Source: Octopus vulgaris (Eukaryota). Taken from it: a stretch of DNA of 64,000 nucleotides. This document shows, one piece after another, positions 60,862 to 64,000 of the stretch (position 1 is the first letter of the stretch; each line of letters opens with the position of its first letter). The notes beneath the pieces were generated by a model that saw only the letters and a list, made by a program, of their open reading frames with translations, did not search any database and had not been told where the DNA came from. The position numbers were made by a program, and so were the translations under genes. The DNA is taken from the NCBI GenBank assembly GCA_951406725.2, contig OX597814.1, positions 121,396,001 through 121,460,000 on the forward strand, given 5' to 3'.

Positions 60862-61235
60862 GGAGATGGCAGTATCGTTAGTACGGTGGGCAAAATGCTT
60901 AGCGGAATTTCGTTCGTTTTTGCGTTACGAGTTCAAATTCTGTGGAGGTCAACTTTGTTTTTCATTCTTTCGGGGGTCATTAAAAATAAATACTTGATGA
61001 AAATTGAAGTTGATGTAATCGACTTACTCTCTCTCTTAAAAACTTGCTCGCATTGTGCCAAACTTTGAAACAAGTATGTTCAAAATTGCTTAGCGGCATA
61101 TCGTACGTCTTTATGTACTGAGTTCAAATTCCGACAAGGATGACTCTAACTTTCGTCCTTTTCAGTTACACACTTGATTAGATGTAATAGACTAGTTGCT
61201 TCCGGCAAATTTCAAGCCGTGCCTACAGTAGGAAG
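60862..61235 (+). mobile_element. Two adjacent decayed old-subfamily SINE copies
   Basis: atggcagtatcgttagtacg...gagttcaaattctgtggaggtcaactttg (60862-61070) and gcttagcggcata...gagttcaaattccgacaagg (61085-61235). Similar decayed copies lie near 57715-57905 and 61390-61525. Confidence 0.7.
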
Positions 61236-61256
61236 TATTATTAGTAGTAGTACTAC

Positions 61257-61287
<31 letters not shown>

Positions 61288-61739
61288 ATTATTATTATTA
61301 TTATTATTAGTAGTAGTAGTAGTAGTAGTACCGCTCGCTACTACTACTACTACTACTACTATTACCACTACTACCACTGCTATTGTCCTTATTACTTTAG
61401 AACGCAGAACTGTTGTGTTTGACCTCTCCTTTCGGAACCGATACAATAAGTATTAATCAAGTACTGGAGTCGATATAATGGACTTGCCTCTTTCTTTTAA
61501 AATTGCTGGCCTCGTGCCAACATTAGTAAAATTTATTATCTTTATTATTTTATTTCTTGCCTAAATAATACGTGTAAAGTAAAAAGTCTGCTTCCTTTTA
61601 TCGCGGAACAAATATTTTAAATGTAGCTGTAAATTTGACTTAAGCCTTAGTAATAATTTGGAGCTGCAAATAAACTACTATTATATATTCTGTGTGTCGG
61701 CCGAGACAATATCGATAAGTGTCAATATAGGGTGATATT

Positions 61740-62320
61740 TATTTCTTTATTGCCCACAAGGGTCTAATTATAGAGGGAGACAAACAAAGACACAAAGAGA
61801 CCCCAGTGCGTAAATAGTACTTAATTTATCGACCCCGAAATGATGAAAGATAAAGTAAACCTCGGCGATATTTGAACTCAGAACGTAGCGGCAGACGAAA
61901 TACTTATTTCTTTACTACCCATAAGGGGCTAAACACAGAGAGGACAAACAAGGTCTGACAAACGGAGTAAGTCGATTATATCGACCCCAGTGCGTAACTG
62001 GTACTTATTTAATCGACCCCGAAAGGATGAAAGGCAAAGTCGACCTCGGCGGAATTTGAACTCAGAACGTGGCGGCAGACGAAATACCTATTTCTTTACT
62101 ACCCACAAGGGGCTAAACACAGAGAGGACAAACAAGGACTGACAAACGAATTAAGTCGATTATATCGACCCCAGTGCATAACTAGTACTTATTTAATCGA
62201 CCCCGAAAGGATGAAAGGCAAAGACGACCTCAGCGGAATTTGAACTCAGAACGTAACGGCAGACGAAATACTGCTAAACATTTCGCCCGGCGTGCTAACG
62301 TTTCTGCCAGCTCGCCACCT
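61740..62320 (-). mobile_element. Tandem trimer of SINE family A
   Basis: Units start at 61740, 61905 and 62089 (184-bp period for the last two). Only the 62089-62320 unit keeps the A-box head. Confidence 0.92.
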
Positions 62321-62617
62321 TATTGATAGTGATACGTATTGAACACATCTTATTGATTACATACTTATTGATTACATAGGGTGATAATTATTGAACACAT
62401 CTACTTCGGGAAAGAAAGAGCGTTGGAAAAATGTTTACGATGGTAATATTGTGTGAGAAACGATATGGATGATGAGAAGAGATTATCCATGTGGCAAACA
62501 GAGCTTGCAAATTAAGAATAACAGGGCATGCACGGAGTATATAGTGCACGTTGATTTTTTATGTTTGAGATTAAGAATGCACTTTCATATACGTAACTCG
62601 CATCGCCACATACTTTT

Positions 62618-62821
62618 ACTTACATTTACATTTTATTGTTTCAATCATGTGACTGTGGCCATGCTGGAGCACCGCCTTTTTTAGTCGAGCAAATCGACCC
62701 CAGAACTTATTCTTTGTAAGCCTAGTACTTATTCTATCGGTCTCTTTTGCAGAATCGCTAAGTTACGGGGACGTAAACACACAGGCATCGTTTGTCAAGC
62801 GACGTTGGGGGATAAACGCAG

Positions 62822-62868
<47 letters not shown>

Positions 62869-63003
62869 CATACATACAACGGGCTTCTTTCAGTTTCCGT
62901 CTACGAAATCCACTCATAAGGTTTGGTCGGCTCGAGTCTATAGTAGAAGACACTTCCCCAAGGTGTCACGCAGTGGGACCGAACCCGCAACCAAGTGGTT
63001 GGG
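62618..63003 (-). mobile_element. tRNA-derived SINE family B
   Basis: Colinear with 51118-51506. Confidence 0.88.
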
Positions 63004-64000
63004 ATTAATTCAGAAATAGGCCCAGATACTATATACTTTATAGGTGATCAGCTGTTCTATTCTTCAAATGTGCAAGAGACTCTGGTACAAGAAGTACTTG
63101 GGAAGAATATTCTCAAATTTTCCTGCAGTTATTAGCACAATCAATATAAATTATATGATTCATTGTTCTCTTACTGTTTTAAAGTCTAGCTCAATAATGG
63201 ACGCTGCTATTTTGGAGATAAGTCAAAATATATTTGTAAGATTAACACTCTTATCGCTTGTCATTTATCTAATTGTCAAAATGACAATACGATAGTTGAT
63301 TATATTAATAATTGTGAATGATACTATTCACAACTTATTTCAGTTATAATTAGAAATTGTTACTTACACAATGACAGTAATACACCTAGATCAAGATATG
63401 AGAAAAATATTACATTTCAAGTGCAAAATGTTGCTAAAAGTGTTACGGCCCTTATACTTTTCAGCAAAGTTCTTGAAATCTACAATTAATGATGATGCAT
63501 CCAAATAAAGGAAATTACTTGTCATTGAAGAACATATACATTGATAACGAATGTAGCAGGAGAGATAACCAAACTGAAGATTGTTTACCAGGTTCAAAGA
63601 TATGGTGTCTTAGAGAGATGGTTCATTTAATCTGAAAACAATTGCTATTGTGACTGAGTTTATATTTAAATCTTTAAATTCACAAAAATGCCTCGCCAAT
63701 AATACACAGCATACCAATGTATATATCTATTAGTCTATCTTTATGCATTTGTGTGTGTTGATTTATATGTCTCACAATAATGTTTTTTTTTTGTTTGATG
63801 TGGACGACATCAAAGCTGATTCCTTTCTATAAAGTAGTAAAGGTCACTTAAAGTTTGATTGATGAAACGCGATACATGATCTCGACTGTCAGAAATATAA
63901 TCCATGAATCACAAGAAATGCTTTGAGTAAAGAAGTTAAAGAACGTTTATATAAACGTGTGTATGTCTGTATGTGTGTGTATGTTTGTATGTGCGTGTGT

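Noticed and set aside
63044-63597. Hydrophobic ORFs checked as the missing M4 exon
   Set aside because: No M4-like motif or suitable splice sites on the minus strand; that exon is presumably outside the window.

Overview
AT-rich eukaryotic, mostly intronic DNA saturated with (TA)n, (TAA)n, (TATC)n and compound trinucleotide microsatellites. The SINE families and repeat landscape look like Octopus (coleoid cephalopod); this is inferred, not verified. Almost every ORF in the supplied track is a microsatellite artefact. The only host coding sequence I can support is the 3' end of one minus-strand gene. It has a 90-nt phase-0 exon (55409-55320, QMAKKAKNVKRARRASMRYTGGYAEPENGG), an apparent ~34-kb intron, and a terminal exon (21223-21152, YTYTAPNQMITFDGYTDGYQTEI*). 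The joined peptide resembles the cytoplasmic tail of a molluscan AMPA-type ionotropic glutamate receptor. The most striking observation is that its UAG stop is followed in frame by 30 more GC-rich sense codons ending in a second class I PDZ ligand (-SSAI*). That suggests a switchable C-terminus via A-to-I stop editing, readthrough or an alternative acceptor. The rest is a transposon landscape: (TAA)n-associated R4/Dong-like LINEs, a Penelope GIY-YIG remnant and a Penelope-type minimal hammerhead ribozyme, Tx1/L1-like remnants, two mariner derivatives (one a fold-back with two 5' ends), a non-autonomous Helitron, at least four tRNA-SINE families (one as a tandem trimer), and several intronic hairpins. 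Repeat boundaries were read by eye and are approximate unless TSDs or termini are given.
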